From the NCBI GenBank assembly GCA_019057475.1, contig DXJO01000041.1, forward strand, positions 7,284 through 71,283: a stretch of 64,000 nucleotides of DNA. The letters are read 5' to 3'. Position 1 is the first letter of the stretch. Every line of letters starts with the position of its first letter. Under the pieces are notes generated by a model. It searched no databases, was not told the DNA's origin, and saw only the letters and a program-made list of their open reading frames with translations. Below, in pieces: positions 36,533 through 45,838 of the stretch. The position numbers and the translations under genes were made by a program. The stretch comes from Candidatus Thorarchaeota archaeon (GTDB lineage Archaea; Asgardarchaeota; Thorarchaeia; Thorarchaeales; Thorarchaeaceae).

Positions 36533-38752
36533 TTGAGCACGCTTAGAGAACTTGAAATCGAGCATGTTTCGCCTCGTCTATTGGAAGTTCTCAGAAGAGA
36601 GGGCCTGACTAGTCTAACCCAATTTCAGTCTGCTGCGGTTGATGGAGGGATTTTGAGAGGGGAGAGTCAAATTCTGCAGACCTATGATTATGAAGAGGCC
36701 TATCAGATAGCGGAGATATCGCTTCTGAATCGCGTAGCGTCTGACTTCAAGACGAGGGCGCTTGTGCTCTGTCCAAACCCACATCAAGCCGAGAAACGAT
36801 TCCATTCGTTGAGCTACAGATGTAAACGACTTGGCATCGAAGCTACAGCAATCATTCGGAGAAGGACAGCAATTGGGGACGCATGGAAAGGGGGACGCGT
36901 AATCGTTGCCACCTTCCGGTCTCTAGACATCGCTCTGCGCGTACATCCTGATGCATTCAAAGGTATCGAGTGTCTCCTAACCGACCGTCTTGACTTGATT
37001 GGCCAGCCAAGGCTTGGTGCGAAGCTGGAAACTGTGCTGGTTACATTAATGGGCATGAACACTGAACTGCAGCATGTCGTGGTAAGCCCCCCGGTCGCAG
37101 ATGTAGAAGATCTTAGTTCATGGCTAGGCGCGGGGATTGTAGAGGACACTAAGACTGACATGAAACGCATATTCAGTGTCAAGGCATTCGAAAGCGTCAG
37201 CGAGTCTCTCGCGGACCTCACTGAGTTTGTTCACCATAGGCGTGGACAGGTAGCCATTCTTTGCTCCAACATTCATGCATGCGAAGAGTTGGCGGCTCAG
37301 CTTACAGGAGTAGGTGATGCAAGCAAGGAGTCAGCTCTTGATCTTAGGCTAGCGCCCGAACATAGGGATGACCTTAGAGGCCTCTCGAGGGATATTATGG
37401 GGAGGTACCCAGAATGCGCGACATCAGTTATGCTGGGGCGAACCATCTCCAGAGGGGTTGCATTCATTCACGAGGGAATTGCACGAAATCAGAGGAGGAC
37501 CATATCCGGTGCGTGGGAAGACGGTCTCGTGCCAGTGATTATCATGCCAACGCGCTTTGCGATTGCAAGCGGACTGAGAGCGACTGTAGTCTTTCTCATC
37601 GGAGTCTTCATGCAGGATCTAATTGGAGACCTGGCAGATGAGGAGGAGTTAACCCAACTCTCTGAATGGCAACTCAATGATGTACTTAGCTCTGTTGGAA
37701 GGAGAAGAGTCGACAATGAAGCTTTTGGAATAGTCGTTGTCGGCACCCAAACTGAAAGGCACAGAGTTCTTGCACAATACTTCGTCGAGGATTCGGAAGG
37801 GAACATCAGTCCCAGGCTTGGTGAGGTTGACAGCTCGATGGATGATCCAGAGAATGCTCAAGATCTCGTACTTCGACAGCTGTGCAATGACCACACAAAA
37901 GAGGAAGACCCATTCTCGATTATGGACCGTACATTCTGGGCGGCGACCAATCGCGTCACTCAGATATCTCGCGAGGGTTTAATGTTGGCAGACGATGCTG
38001 ATGTTCAGACACTAATTTCCCTGCGTACAACGAAATCCACAACCACACGTGCGCGCGAGATACCTGACGAGGATGTGAGGTTGGTAAGCATAAGCCCTAG
38101 CAAGATCGAGGGTCTCGTGCATAGTCGAAGTCGCGACTTGTGGCACCATGTCGTTGTCAGGGCAGGGGAGGGGGTTTCCTGCACCTGCGAGTCATGGAAG
38201 TATCAAGGAATCAAGAGGCACAGGCTATGCAAACACCTGGTTAGATTTTCGGATTTCGCTCTTCAGAACGATGAAACCAAACCATACGCCGCTTCGGTAA
38301 TTCGACAATCGCTGAGAGGATTGGAGATTCTTGGCGAATTGGAGAGAGAAGGATTGATGCAGCGGGATGGTAAGGGTTTCAGATGTACTGAACTCGGGCA
38401 AAGTATCACTGTTCTGGGTGTTTCCGTGAAGGATGCGAAGAGATTGACCAAAGCACTGGGACAAGCGAGGAATAAGCTGGCGAATATCCTGATAGATGTT
38501 GCAGTGGCAAGAACGGGAATGCCTAGGAAGGCGATTGCGGGAGTTCTTGATGCGGTACAGACACAAGACGTGAAAAAAGTTGTGAAGTGTGAGCAACATG
38601 GACTAGGAATTGTTGAGAATTGTTTGGAAGAGTTGCACTACATCAACAGCATCCTGATAGGCATCATGGGAAGAAAAGCCGACAAAGAACTGAAGAGAGA
38701 GATTCGTAAACTAGACAAGAATTTGACGGCCACCGTAGACACCATCAGTTAG
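36533..38752 (+). CDS. Helicase-like protein with degenerate SF2 motifs and a C-terminal SWIM zinc finger
   Basis: TTG start. Has 'LCPNPHQAEK' (Ia-like), 'LLTDRLDLI' (a degenerate DExH), 'IVATFRSLD' (III-like), no Walker A GKT, and a C-terminal 'CTCESWKYQGIKRHRLCKHL' (CxC...CxH SWIM). Confidence 0.4.
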   Translation: MSTLRELEIEHVSPRLLEVLRREGLTSLTQFQSAAVDGGILRGESQILQTYDYEEAYQIAEISLLNRVASDFKTRALVLCPNPHQAEKRFHSLSYRCKRLGIEATAIIRRRTAIGDAWKGGRVIVATFRSLDIALRVHPDAFKGIECLLTDRLDLIGQPRLGAKLETVLVTLMGMNTELQHVVVSPPVADVEDLSSWLGAGIVEDTKTDMKRIFSVKAFESVSESLADLTEFVHHRRGQVAILCSNIHACEELAAQLTGVGDASKESALDLRLAPEHRDDLRGLSRDIMGRYPECATSVMLGRTISRGVAFIHEGIARNQRRTISGAWEDGLVPVIIMPTRFAIASGLRATVVFLIGVFMQDLIGDLADEEELTQLSEWQLNDVLSSVGRRRVDNEAFGIVVVGTQTERHRVLAQYFVEDSEGNISPRLGEVDSSMDDPENAQDLVLRQLCNDHTKEEDPFSIMDRTFWAATNRVTQISREGLMLADDADVQTLISLRTTKSTTTRAREIPDEDVRLVSISPSKIEGLVHSRSRDLWHHVVVRAGEGVSCTCESWKYQGIKRHRLCKHLVRFSDFALQNDETKPYAASVIRQSLRGLEILGELEREGLMQRDGKGFRCTELGQSITVLGVSVKDAKRLTKALGQARNKLANILIDVAVARTGMPRKAIAGVLDAVQTQDVKKVVKCEQHGLGIVENCLEELHYINSILIGIMGRKADKELKREIRKLDKNLTATVDTIS

Positions 38753-38919
38753 CATTACTCGAAACTTTAACGAACCTAAACACTCCAACGAAAATTTGCA
38801 CGGGTCGGATACCAATCAAAGCATTCCTGCATTTTCAGTTACCTTTTTCTAGCTCAGAGTGTCGGTCCGAGCCTATGCCCGGGGTCGTACAATGAGCCCC
38901 AAAGCATGGGAGCATTATC

Positions 38920-40065
38920 ATGAAATTACTTGAGCATGAAGCCAAGGACATTTTCCGTGCCTTCAATATGCCTACACCCCCCGGAGGTGTAGCTAAGACG
39001 CCTGAAGAAGCGATGAATCTCGCAGCCAAGGTGGGTAAACCCGTTGTCGTCAAGGCACAGGTACTCTCAGGGAAGAGGGGGAAGGCAGGCGGTGTGAAGT
39101 TCGCAGACACACCTGAGCAAGCCAAGGAAGTCGCAAAGCATATCCTTGGATTGAAAATCAATAATTTGTCCGTGGAATCAGTCTTGGTTGAGGAAAAACT
39201 GGACATTCAACAGGAGATCTATGCAGGCATTACCATTGACAGGAATAAGCGAAAATACGTTGTGATAGGCAGTGGAGCCGGTGGGATGTCAATCGAAGAG
39301 CTTGCAGAAGAAAACCCTGAGAAGATTGTGAAGATGCATGTAGATCCGAGCATTGGATTCCTGCCCTATAATGCCCGCGAAATGGCCACAAGGATGGGGT
39401 TCCGAGGGAAGCAGATTAACAAGTTGGCAAGCTTCTTCCTCAAACTGTGGAACATTGTTGAAGCAAACGACGTAGAGCTGACAGAGATTAATCCCCTTAT
39501 TCTAACAAAGGATGGCAGATTCCTAGCAGCTGATGCGCGTCTGAATGTGGATGATAATGCACTCTTCAGGCACAAGCAAATAATGGATAGTCTGAAGAGG
39601 GACCCAGTAGAGCAAAATGAAAGAGAGAAGTTAGCAACAGAGAATGACATGGCCTATGTCGAGCTCGACGGCAACATTGCATGCATCTGCAATGGAGCAG
39701 GACTCACAATGGCAACCCTTGATACTGTGTCGCTGTACGGAGGCAGCGCGAGCACCTTTCTTGACCTAGGTGGCGGGGCAGATGCAGAGAGAGTGGAGAA
39801 AGGCATCGAGGTAGCCCTGATGTATCCCAAGGTCAAAGCCATACTCATCAACATAATGGGAGGAATAACGCGATGCGACGAGGTGGCGAAAGGTATCCTA
39901 GCCGCACGTGATGATGGCGACATAACCGTGCCAATGGTTGTACGCATGGTTGGAACGAATGAAGAAGAGGGACAAGAGATTCTGAACAAGGCAGGAATCC
40001 CGTTCCTGAAAACCATGGAGGAAGCAGCCTCCAAGGTGGTTAATCTTGCAAAGGAGGCAAAATAG
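38920..40065 (+). CDS. sucC: Succinyl-CoA synthetase (ADP-forming) beta subunit
   Basis: ATP-grasp N-terminus 'MKLLEHEAKDIF...VVVKAQVLSGKRGKAGGVKF' and the CoA-ligase block 'NGAGLTMATLD'. Confidence 0.85.
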   Translation: MKLLEHEAKDIFRAFNMPTPPGGVAKTPEEAMNLAAKVGKPVVVKAQVLSGKRGKAGGVKFADTPEQAKEVAKHILGLKINNLSVESVLVEEKLDIQQEIYAGITIDRNKRKYVVIGSGAGGMSIEELAEENPEKIVKMHVDPSIGFLPYNAREMATRMGFRGKQINKLASFFLKLWNIVEANDVELTEINPLILTKDGRFLAADARLNVDDNALFRHKQIMDSLKRDPVEQNEREKLATENDMAYVELDGNIACICNGAGLTMATLDTVSLYGGSASTFLDLGGGADAERVEKGIEVALMYPKVKAILINIMGGITRCDEVAKGILAARDDGDITVPMVVRMVGTNEEEGQEILNKAGIPFLKTMEEAASKVVNLAKEAK

Positions 40066-40066
40066 A

Positions 40067-40936
40067 ATGGCGATTTTAGCAGACAAGGACACCAGAGTCA
40101 TCATTCAGGGAATCACAGGTGGACAGGGAACATTTCACTCACGGGCCATGCTTGAGTATGGAACCAAAATCGTTGCAGGGGTGACACCTGGGAAAGGCGG
40201 TCAAGAGGTCAATAGAATCCCGGTCTTTGATACTGTAATGGAAGCAAAGGAGGCACATGATGCCACTGCTGCGGTAATTTTTGTTCCTGCACCGTTCGCA
40301 GGAGACGCCGCACTTGAGGCAATTGCTGCACAGCTGAATCCTGTTGTTGTGATAACTGAGCATGTTCCCGTTCGCGATGAGATTAGAGTAATTCATACCG
40401 CTAAAAGGCAGGGAATCACCGTGATTGGCCCCAATACGCCAGGAGTGATTACTCCAGGAGCAAAGCAGAAGCTTGGCATCATGCCCGGTCACGTCTTTGC
40501 TGATGGTCCTGTGGGACTCATGTCGCGAAGCGGCACACTAACCTATGAGATTGCAGCTGGGATGACATACGCAGGAATCGGAATGACCACTGCGATTGGT
40601 CTTGGTGGGGATCCATGCGTTGGACTGACGCCCATAGAGGCAGTCAAACTGTTCGAGAACGACAATGACACCAAGGCATTGGTTCTTGTGGGGGAAATAG
40701 GCGGTGATGCAGAAGAACGCGCGGCAGCATATATCAAAGAAAACTATGACCGACCTGTCGTAGGCTACATCGCAGGAAGAACCGCGCCTCCAGGCAAGAG
40801 GATGGGACACGCAGGAGCCATCATAAGTGGCAGCACCGGAACTGCACAGGCCAAGATCAAGGCGCTGAACGACGCAGGCATACCAGTGGCAGAAAAGCCA
40901 AGTGATGTCGCCAGATTGCTCCAAGATGTCTTGTGA
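40067..40936 (+). CDS. sucD: Succinyl-CoA synthetase alpha subunit
   Basis: 'RVIIQGITGGQGTFHS', and 'SRSGTLTYE' and 'GHAGAII' around the phosphohistidine. Start ATG lies 1 nt after the sucC stop. Confidence 0.9.
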   Translation: MAILADKDTRVIIQGITGGQGTFHSRAMLEYGTKIVAGVTPGKGGQEVNRIPVFDTVMEAKEAHDATAAVIFVPAPFAGDAALEAIAAQLNPVVVITEHVPVRDEIRVIHTAKRQGITVIGPNTPGVITPGAKQKLGIMPGHVFADGPVGLMSRSGTLTYEIAAGMTYAGIGMTTAIGLGGDPCVGLTPIEAVKLFENDNDTKALVLVGEIGGDAEERAAAYIKENYDRPVVGYIAGRTAPPGKRMGHAGAIISGSTGTAQAKIKALNDAGIPVAEKPSDVARLLQDVL

Positions 40937-41060
40937 GCGGGCTCAGTACATGCAAATGGTGGCGTAGAGAGCATAAGTTTTTTAACGTCACCTAGCGGGG
41001 ATGCCTGAGCAGACTTGAGGGGAACCAGATAGTCCGCCGTTAAGGAATGAGGTTATAGAT

Positions 41061-41219
41061 ATGCCAGTAGCAGATATCGAAAAACGCAGACTTGCACAAC
41101 ATTATCTGCTCTACAAATCGGTATGCCGTTATTGCGGAGCTACCAACCCGCTGAAGGCGAAGAAGTGTAGAAAGTGCCATACAAAGGACCTCAGGCCGAA
41201 GAGGCGGTCTAGAAGGTAG
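41061..41219 (+). CDS. rpl40e: Ribosomal protein L40e (eL40)
   Basis: 52-aa ORF, below the track threshold: '[52 protein letters not shown]', a C4 zinc ribbon with a basic tail. Confidence 0.7.
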   Translation: MPVADIEKRRLAQHYLLYKSVCRYCGATNPLKAKKCRKCHTKDLRPKRRSRR

Positions 41220-41247
41220 TTCCTCCCGAGTGATGAGCCGGCAGTAT

Positions 41248-41324
41248 GGGCCGGTGATCTAGTTGGCTATGATGCCGCCTTCACACGGCGGAAATCGGGT
41301 GTTCGAGTCACCCCCGGCCCACCA
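41248..41324 (+). tRNA. tRNA-Val (anticodon CAC), CCA encoded
   Basis: Acceptor stem GGGCCGG/CCGGCCC. Anticodon stem ccgcc/ggcgg with loop 'ttCACac'. T-arm 'gggtgttcgagtcaccc'. Ends 'A-CCA'. Confidence 0.75.
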
Positions 41325-41355
41325 CTGACAAGAAATGATAACAAGGGGCGCAACA

Positions 41356-41571
41356 ATGCCAAAGCAAATCTATGACGCAGAAAAGTTCCTCGAGATGACT
41401 GAGAACGCAACAGAGTGTCGCGTGAAGCGAGGCGCAAACCAGGTCACTCTGAAGCTCCGGACTGGTAGGTATCTTTACACGCTTATCGTTGAACCCCAGA
41501 AAGCTGAAGAGATTCTTCAGCAGGTGAAGTGCCAAATCGTAGAGGCTCGCTCCATTTCCGAAGAGAGCTAG
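41356..41571 (+). CDS. rpl38e: Ribosomal protein L38e (eL38)
   Basis: 'KRGANQVTLKLRTGRYLYTLIVEPQKAEEILQQV' aligns with eukaryotic eL38 '[35 protein letters not shown]'. Confidence 0.7.
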   Translation: MPKQIYDAEKFLEMTENATECRVKRGANQVTLKLRTGRYLYTLIVEPQKAEEILQQVKCQIVEARSISEES

Positions 41572-42833
41572 ATCTCGAAACTCTCGCTAACCTCGGGCAC
41601 ATGCGCTCGACGACCTGATTTCTTCAACTTCTCCGCCAAGGCGTCACAAGACTCAGACTCGCCGTGAACCACGTAGAACTCTGGGTCTCCGGGTATCTTC
41701 TTCAGCAAGTCCAACAGACCTCTAGAGTCAGAATGAGATGATAGATGGTGCATCCTTACTTCGGCGTCCACTTCGAAATCACGGTTGCCAACTGTGACCC
41801 TATTCTTTGCCAGCAGCTCTGCACCAGGCGTCCCAGGAATCTGGAAACTGACGAGTATGATCGCATTCTTTGGATTATCATATAGCATCTTAAAGTACAG
41901 GTGGGAAGCTCCACCCTTCAACATCCCTGCTGGAGAAATTATGATTCCGCCCTTCTTGACTGCGCGCTGACGATCTCGTTTGTCATGTATTGCATGTGCC
42001 CTCGACACAGCCCGTGAGAATGCTTGAGGCGAAGCGATGTATTCTGGATGTTTCACCAAGATATCATTGACCTTTCTGGCCATTCCATCCACATAGATTG
42101 GGTATTTCCGGGGAATATTGCTGGCCTCAAGAATGCACATAATCTCTTGACTTCTCCCAACAGCAAACGCAGGAATGAGGACCGTCCCTCCGCGCTCCAA
42201 GGTTTCAATGACGGTGTCTACTAGATCTATCTCTATCTCTTCCCGATTCGGGTTCATTCTGCGAGCGTACGTGCTTTCGGTGACAACCACATCGTGCTTC
42301 GGGAGGTTTTTCCTTGCACCCATATTCAGTCTAGACTCTATCGCGTTGAAGTCGCCAGTGAACAGGATTCTCTTGCCATTGCATCGCACAGAGACCATCG
42401 CACTCCCGGGGATATGTCCAGCATTGAACAGCGTCAACTCGAAGTTGTGACCAAGTGGGACCGTTTCCTCGTAGGCTGTAGGTTGACATTGACGCTTCAC
42501 ACGCGGAATCTCATTGCGACTGAAGGGAAGACGTCCTCTGGAAATCTTATCCATGTCGCGGAGCAGGAGTACGCTCAGATCGCGGGTTGCAGGCGTGCAG
42601 AAGAGAGATACATCGGGATCTGAGAGGACCATGGGTATTCCCCCAGAATGATCAAGATGTGCGTGAGTGAGTGCGACCCCTTGGAGAGTATCCAACGGTA
42701 CTGGGGGCGGAAACGCAGGCGGGTTGAGGAACTTAACACCATAGTCCACAATCACGCTCTCTTTGCCCTCTTCAATGAAGAACCCAGCACGACCTATCTC
42801 TCTACAGGAACCGAGGAATGTCAACATTGTCAT
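41568..42833 (-). CDS. Beta-CASP metallo-beta-lactamase ribonuclease (aCPSF2-like, no KH domains)
   Basis: 'THAHLDHSGGIP' (HxHxDH). Downstream 'NAGHIPGSAMV' and 'HLSSHSD' are beta-CASP motifs. Confidence 0.75.
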   Translation of the reverse strand: MTMLTFLGSCREIGRAGFFIEEGKESVIVDYGVKFLNPPAFPPPVPLDTLQGVALTHAHLDHSGGIPMVLSDPDVSLFCTPATRDLSVLLLRDMDKISRGRLPFSRNEIPRVKRQCQPTAYEETVPLGHNFELTLFNAGHIPGSAMVSVRCNGKRILFTGDFNAIESRLNMGARKNLPKHDVVVTESTYARRMNPNREEIEIDLVDTVIETLERGGTVLIPAFAVGRSQEIMCILEASNIPRKYPIYVDGMARKVNDILVKHPEYIASPQAFSRAVSRAHAIHDKRDRQRAVKKGGIIISPAGMLKGGASHLYFKMLYDNPKNAIILVSFQIPGTPGAELLAKNRVTVGNRDFEVDAEVRMHHLSSHSDSRGLLDLLKKIPGDPEFYVVHGESESCDALAEKLKKSGRRAHVPEVSESFEI

Positions 42834-43041
42834 CCGTCTTTACTCCGAAGGGTGACCGTGTTCGGTCGCAAGAAAAGGCTTTCGAAGGCGAATGTCCAGA
42901 ATTTCTTTCTGATGCTCCAATAGGCGTGACATGCCTGCTCGCGGTTAAATCCAGCAATGTTTCCTAGCATCGGAATCAATATTAGAAGGACTCTACAGAG
43001 GGGCTATATTGAATCAGCGATAGCAAGCGTGGTGACTTCGG

Positions 43042-43356
43042 GTGACGGAGGGAAAGCCTGACAAAGTAGAGCAGACAGACTTCGGGCCTAGAGATGCAGT
43101 CGTCCTCGTTGGGTCAAAGAATGTGATGTCTTACGTGCTAGCATGTGTGACCCTCTTCAACAAGGGTGCCGAAGAAGTTGTGATTAAGGCCCGGGGGCGG
43201 CTCATTAGCAGAGCTGTTGACGTGGCTGAGATAACCCGTCATAGATTCATCACCGATGTTAAGGTCAAGGACATACAGATAGATACAACCACCGTGCAGA
43301 CTGACAAGGGAAGCGACTTGAACGTTTCCACGATCGATATTACGATCTCCAAATAG
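43042..43356 (+). CDS. albA: Alba (Sso10b) DNA/RNA-binding protein
   Basis: '[38 protein letters not shown]' matches Alba. Confidence 0.8.
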   Translation: MTEGKPDKVEQTDFGPRDAVVLVGSKNVMSYVLACVTLFNKGAEEVVIKARGRLISRAVDVAEITRHRFITDVKVKDIQIDTTTVQTDKGSDLNVSTIDITISK

Positions 43357-43432
43357 TCTGAGAACAACTGATATTGTCCTCGCCCGAAGCCTGGCTACAG
43401 CTGGAGCGTTCTAGATTGGCGAGGAATAGAAA

Positions 43433-44023
43433 ATGAAAATACCAGTTTGCCGTTTTGATTTGGAGTCGGATACTCTGTGTCCCAATTGTCAGGAGCGATT
43501 CGATAAGGGCAAGATTACTTCTTTCGATGTTGAGTTCTGCAAATGGCTGCTGGAAAAGGAGAAAGATTACTCAGCTTTGCAGGACCTCAATCTTCAACGA
43601 GCCATCAAGGTGGCAGACCAGATAATCCTAGTTGTGAAGAAGAGGACCAAGGTCGCCTTGTTATCTGCGGAAGAGCTCATTGGTGATATCACTGAAACAT
43701 TCGGTGAAATAATAATCATCGAAGGGCCCATCAAGCTCCGGAAGATTGTCAGAACATTCATAGACCCTGCAATCGAAGTGGGAGTCAATAGTCTGCACAT
43801 GCCCGGAGGATATAGGGAGAGCATAGTAATCTTGAGGGCGGACGATAAAGAACGGATTCCATACACGACTGCTCAACTCAAGGAAATTGTTTCCGCAATC
43901 ATGGGAGAGGAAGTACTGTTTGAGTACGACGACGGTCGCCTTGAGAAAGATGATGACGCAACAGAGGATGAGTTCGAAGAGAGTATGCGAAAACTCAGCG
44001 AAAAACGGCGAGATATGAACTGA
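43433..44023 (+). CDS. Zinc-ribbon protein with acidic C-terminus, possibly nucleic-acid binding; function unknown
   Basis: N-terminal 'CRFDLESDTLCPNC' is Cys4-like. The rest is mixed alpha/beta with no GxxG KH motif. Confidence 0.3.
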   Translation: MKIPVCRFDLESDTLCPNCQERFDKGKITSFDVEFCKWLLEKEKDYSALQDLNLQRAIKVADQIILVVKKRTKVALLSAEELIGDITETFGEIIIIEGPIKLRKIVRTFIDPAIEVGVNSLHMPGGYRESIVILRADDKERIPYTTAQLKEIVSAIMGEEVLFEYDDGRLEKDDDATEDEFEESMRKLSEKRRDMN

Positions 44024-44024
44024 C

Positions 44025-45377
44025 TCAGATTCTGTTTATGGGATGATTCTTCATTAGCTCGCGCATGACTATAGTTGCGTAGGATCCCTTCCTAAGGTTG
44101 AACTGCAGCCAGAGCCCGTCATCGTCACATCGTGGATTGAGTTCAGGGACCTTGATTGAGATTAGATGCAGACTCCCAGGAGAATCCAGCGCTTTGCTTT
44201 CTGTGCTTCTGAAATCCATGAGGGTTATCCCTTCATCATTCAGTATTCTCTCAAGCATCTCTGATTGTAGGGATGGAGGCGTTCTCGTGGAATATCCAGG
44301 TAATGGGGCAGCCACACCATATGCATCGGAACTCACAAGTTCTTTGCGTTGTTCGAGGTTCCGTTCTGTCACGAAAAGCCAGGAATCACGACCCGAATGC
44401 GCTTGATCCAATTGCATCAGGAAATCGCCTGGTATGGGTGACTGTATGGAAAGCCCGGATCTCAGGCGTTGACTAATCAGTCGATTAAACAGATACGACT
44501 GATAAGAGTGCACAAAAAAGGTCTGAATACGTGAAGGTATCTTAGTGAACGCCCTGCGATAGTCGCCAGGATGTTTCATGAGATGTCTAAGCACGATACG
44601 CTCATGTCCCAGTCCCCTTGGGAAGCAATCGAGTATTTTCTGGTTCACAGTCATATTCTGCGCAATGTCCTGACGAGCTCCTGTGAGCTCTTCCGATTCA
44701 TACTCACTTGTGACCGTCAGCATGATGCGAAGAGCCCCCTCGAAATCGCCCTCTACGGCAGTCTTTCCCACCATGTGTGTATCCGGTCGGGTTACACCAA
44801 ACCGTTGAACGCCAAAGTAGTTGAGAATGAATTTTCCCGTCAACTCTTGCGCGATGTCCATGGAGTCCGTGCAACTGGATTCGAGTTCCCTCAATAAAAT
44901 AGCAAACCGGTTTCCCCAGAGATCACCTATCAGAACGGGTTGTCGCACATACTCCATATCCCTGATTGCCATTTTGAAGAGTTTGAGCTTCGCAAGGGAT
45001 TGAGATGCTCCAGCGGGCACTGACATGGATTGCACAGTCAGAGCACGCTTATCCTTCAGGCCAGCATAGGAGACTAGATGCCTTGGGAGGCCCAATTCTG
45101 TGGCGAGTATTGTGGAAACATCCATCGTGGACAGGCCGAGTTTCTGGACAGTGAATCGAACGTATTTCCTTTTATCCCCGTCAATCGTGAGTTCAACCGC
45201 GGCTGCTGGGTCTGACTCATCAAGCGATTTCTGTAACTCCAGATTCCTCCCGTCTGGCAGTATCTCTTCGACGCGGAAATCCTCAAAGCGCGTCTTCAGC
45301 CGTCCTCCGATACCCTTCGCCTCAGTGCTGTAGAGCTCCATTCCCACTAGGACCTCGAGTGGATGGGGCTCAATCAA
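44025..45377 (-). CDS. truD: tRNA pseudouridine(13) synthase TruD/Pus7
   Basis: 'RFEDFRVEEIL' N-terminal signature. 'GLKDKRA' catalytic Asp region. Confidence 0.8.
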   Translation of the reverse strand: MIEPHPLEVLVGMELYSTEAKGIGGRLKTRFEDFRVEEILPDGRNLELQKSLDESDPAAAVELTIDGDKRKYVRFTVQKLGLSTMDVSTILATELGLPRHLVSYAGLKDKRALTVQSMSVPAGASQSLAKLKLFKMAIRDMEYVRQPVLIGDLWGNRFAILLRELESSCTDSMDIAQELTGKFILNYFGVQRFGVTRPDTHMVGKTAVEGDFEGALRIMLTVTSEYESEELTGARQDIAQNMTVNQKILDCFPRGLGHERIVLRHLMKHPGDYRRAFTKIPSRIQTFFVHSYQSYLFNRLISQRLRSGLSIQSPIPGDFLMQLDQAHSGRDSWLFVTERNLEQRKELVSSDAYGVAAPLPGYSTRTPPSLQSEMLERILNDEGITLMDFRSTESKALDSPGSLHLISIKVPELNPRCDDDGLWLQFNLRKGSYATIVMRELMKNHPINRI

Positions 45378-45389
45378 GTGAAGTCCTCC

Positions 45390-45761
45390 TCAGAGCAGCT
45401 TGAGTTCACTAGTTACAAGATCGATATCTTCAATCTTCGCGGGGCCTATACCTAAAACTGTGACAGTGCCGGGAGGAAGTTCAGTCATTCCTGCATCTCT
45501 GATGAGAGCGATGGGAAGATTCTTGGATGCTGCTACGATTTCAAGTTTTAGCAGCTCTTCTTCTGAGCCAACTTTGACGGCCACCTTCTTCTGACCTTCA
45601 TTGAGCCAGCGTTTCCAGAGCTCAGGCGCTCTAACCCTTGTCCGCTCAGCAGCAGTCACTGCACCGTGAGCCACCTGAACAGATATCTTACCGCGACTCA
45701 TGCCCAAGTCGGTTCTGACTGCGATAACTTGCTTGTATCTGAACTCGCGTTTAGCCATCAT
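45390..45761 (-). CDS. pth2: Peptidyl-tRNA hydrolase, archaeal type
   Basis: 'KQVIAVRTDLGMSRGKISVQVAHGAV' and C-terminal 'VTVLGIGP' match Pth2. Confidence 0.85.
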   Translation of the reverse strand: MMAKREFRYKQVIAVRTDLGMSRGKISVQVAHGAVTAAERTRVRAPELWKRWLNEGQKKVAVKVGSEEELLKLEIVAASKNLPIALIRDAGMTELPPGTVTVLGIGPAKIEDIDLVTSELKLL

Positions 45762-45838
45762 TTTGACCGCCCAGTCAGCTCTTCGACTCCAACCTAGGCG
45801 AGAGATAATAAAGGGTTGCCCTCAGGATTAATTCGAGA

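Noticed and set aside
41785-42923. Several 60-110-aa plus-strand ORFs inside the aCPSF2-like gene region
   Set aside because: They are antisense to a strongly supported beta-CASP RNase gene carrying all catalytic motifs.
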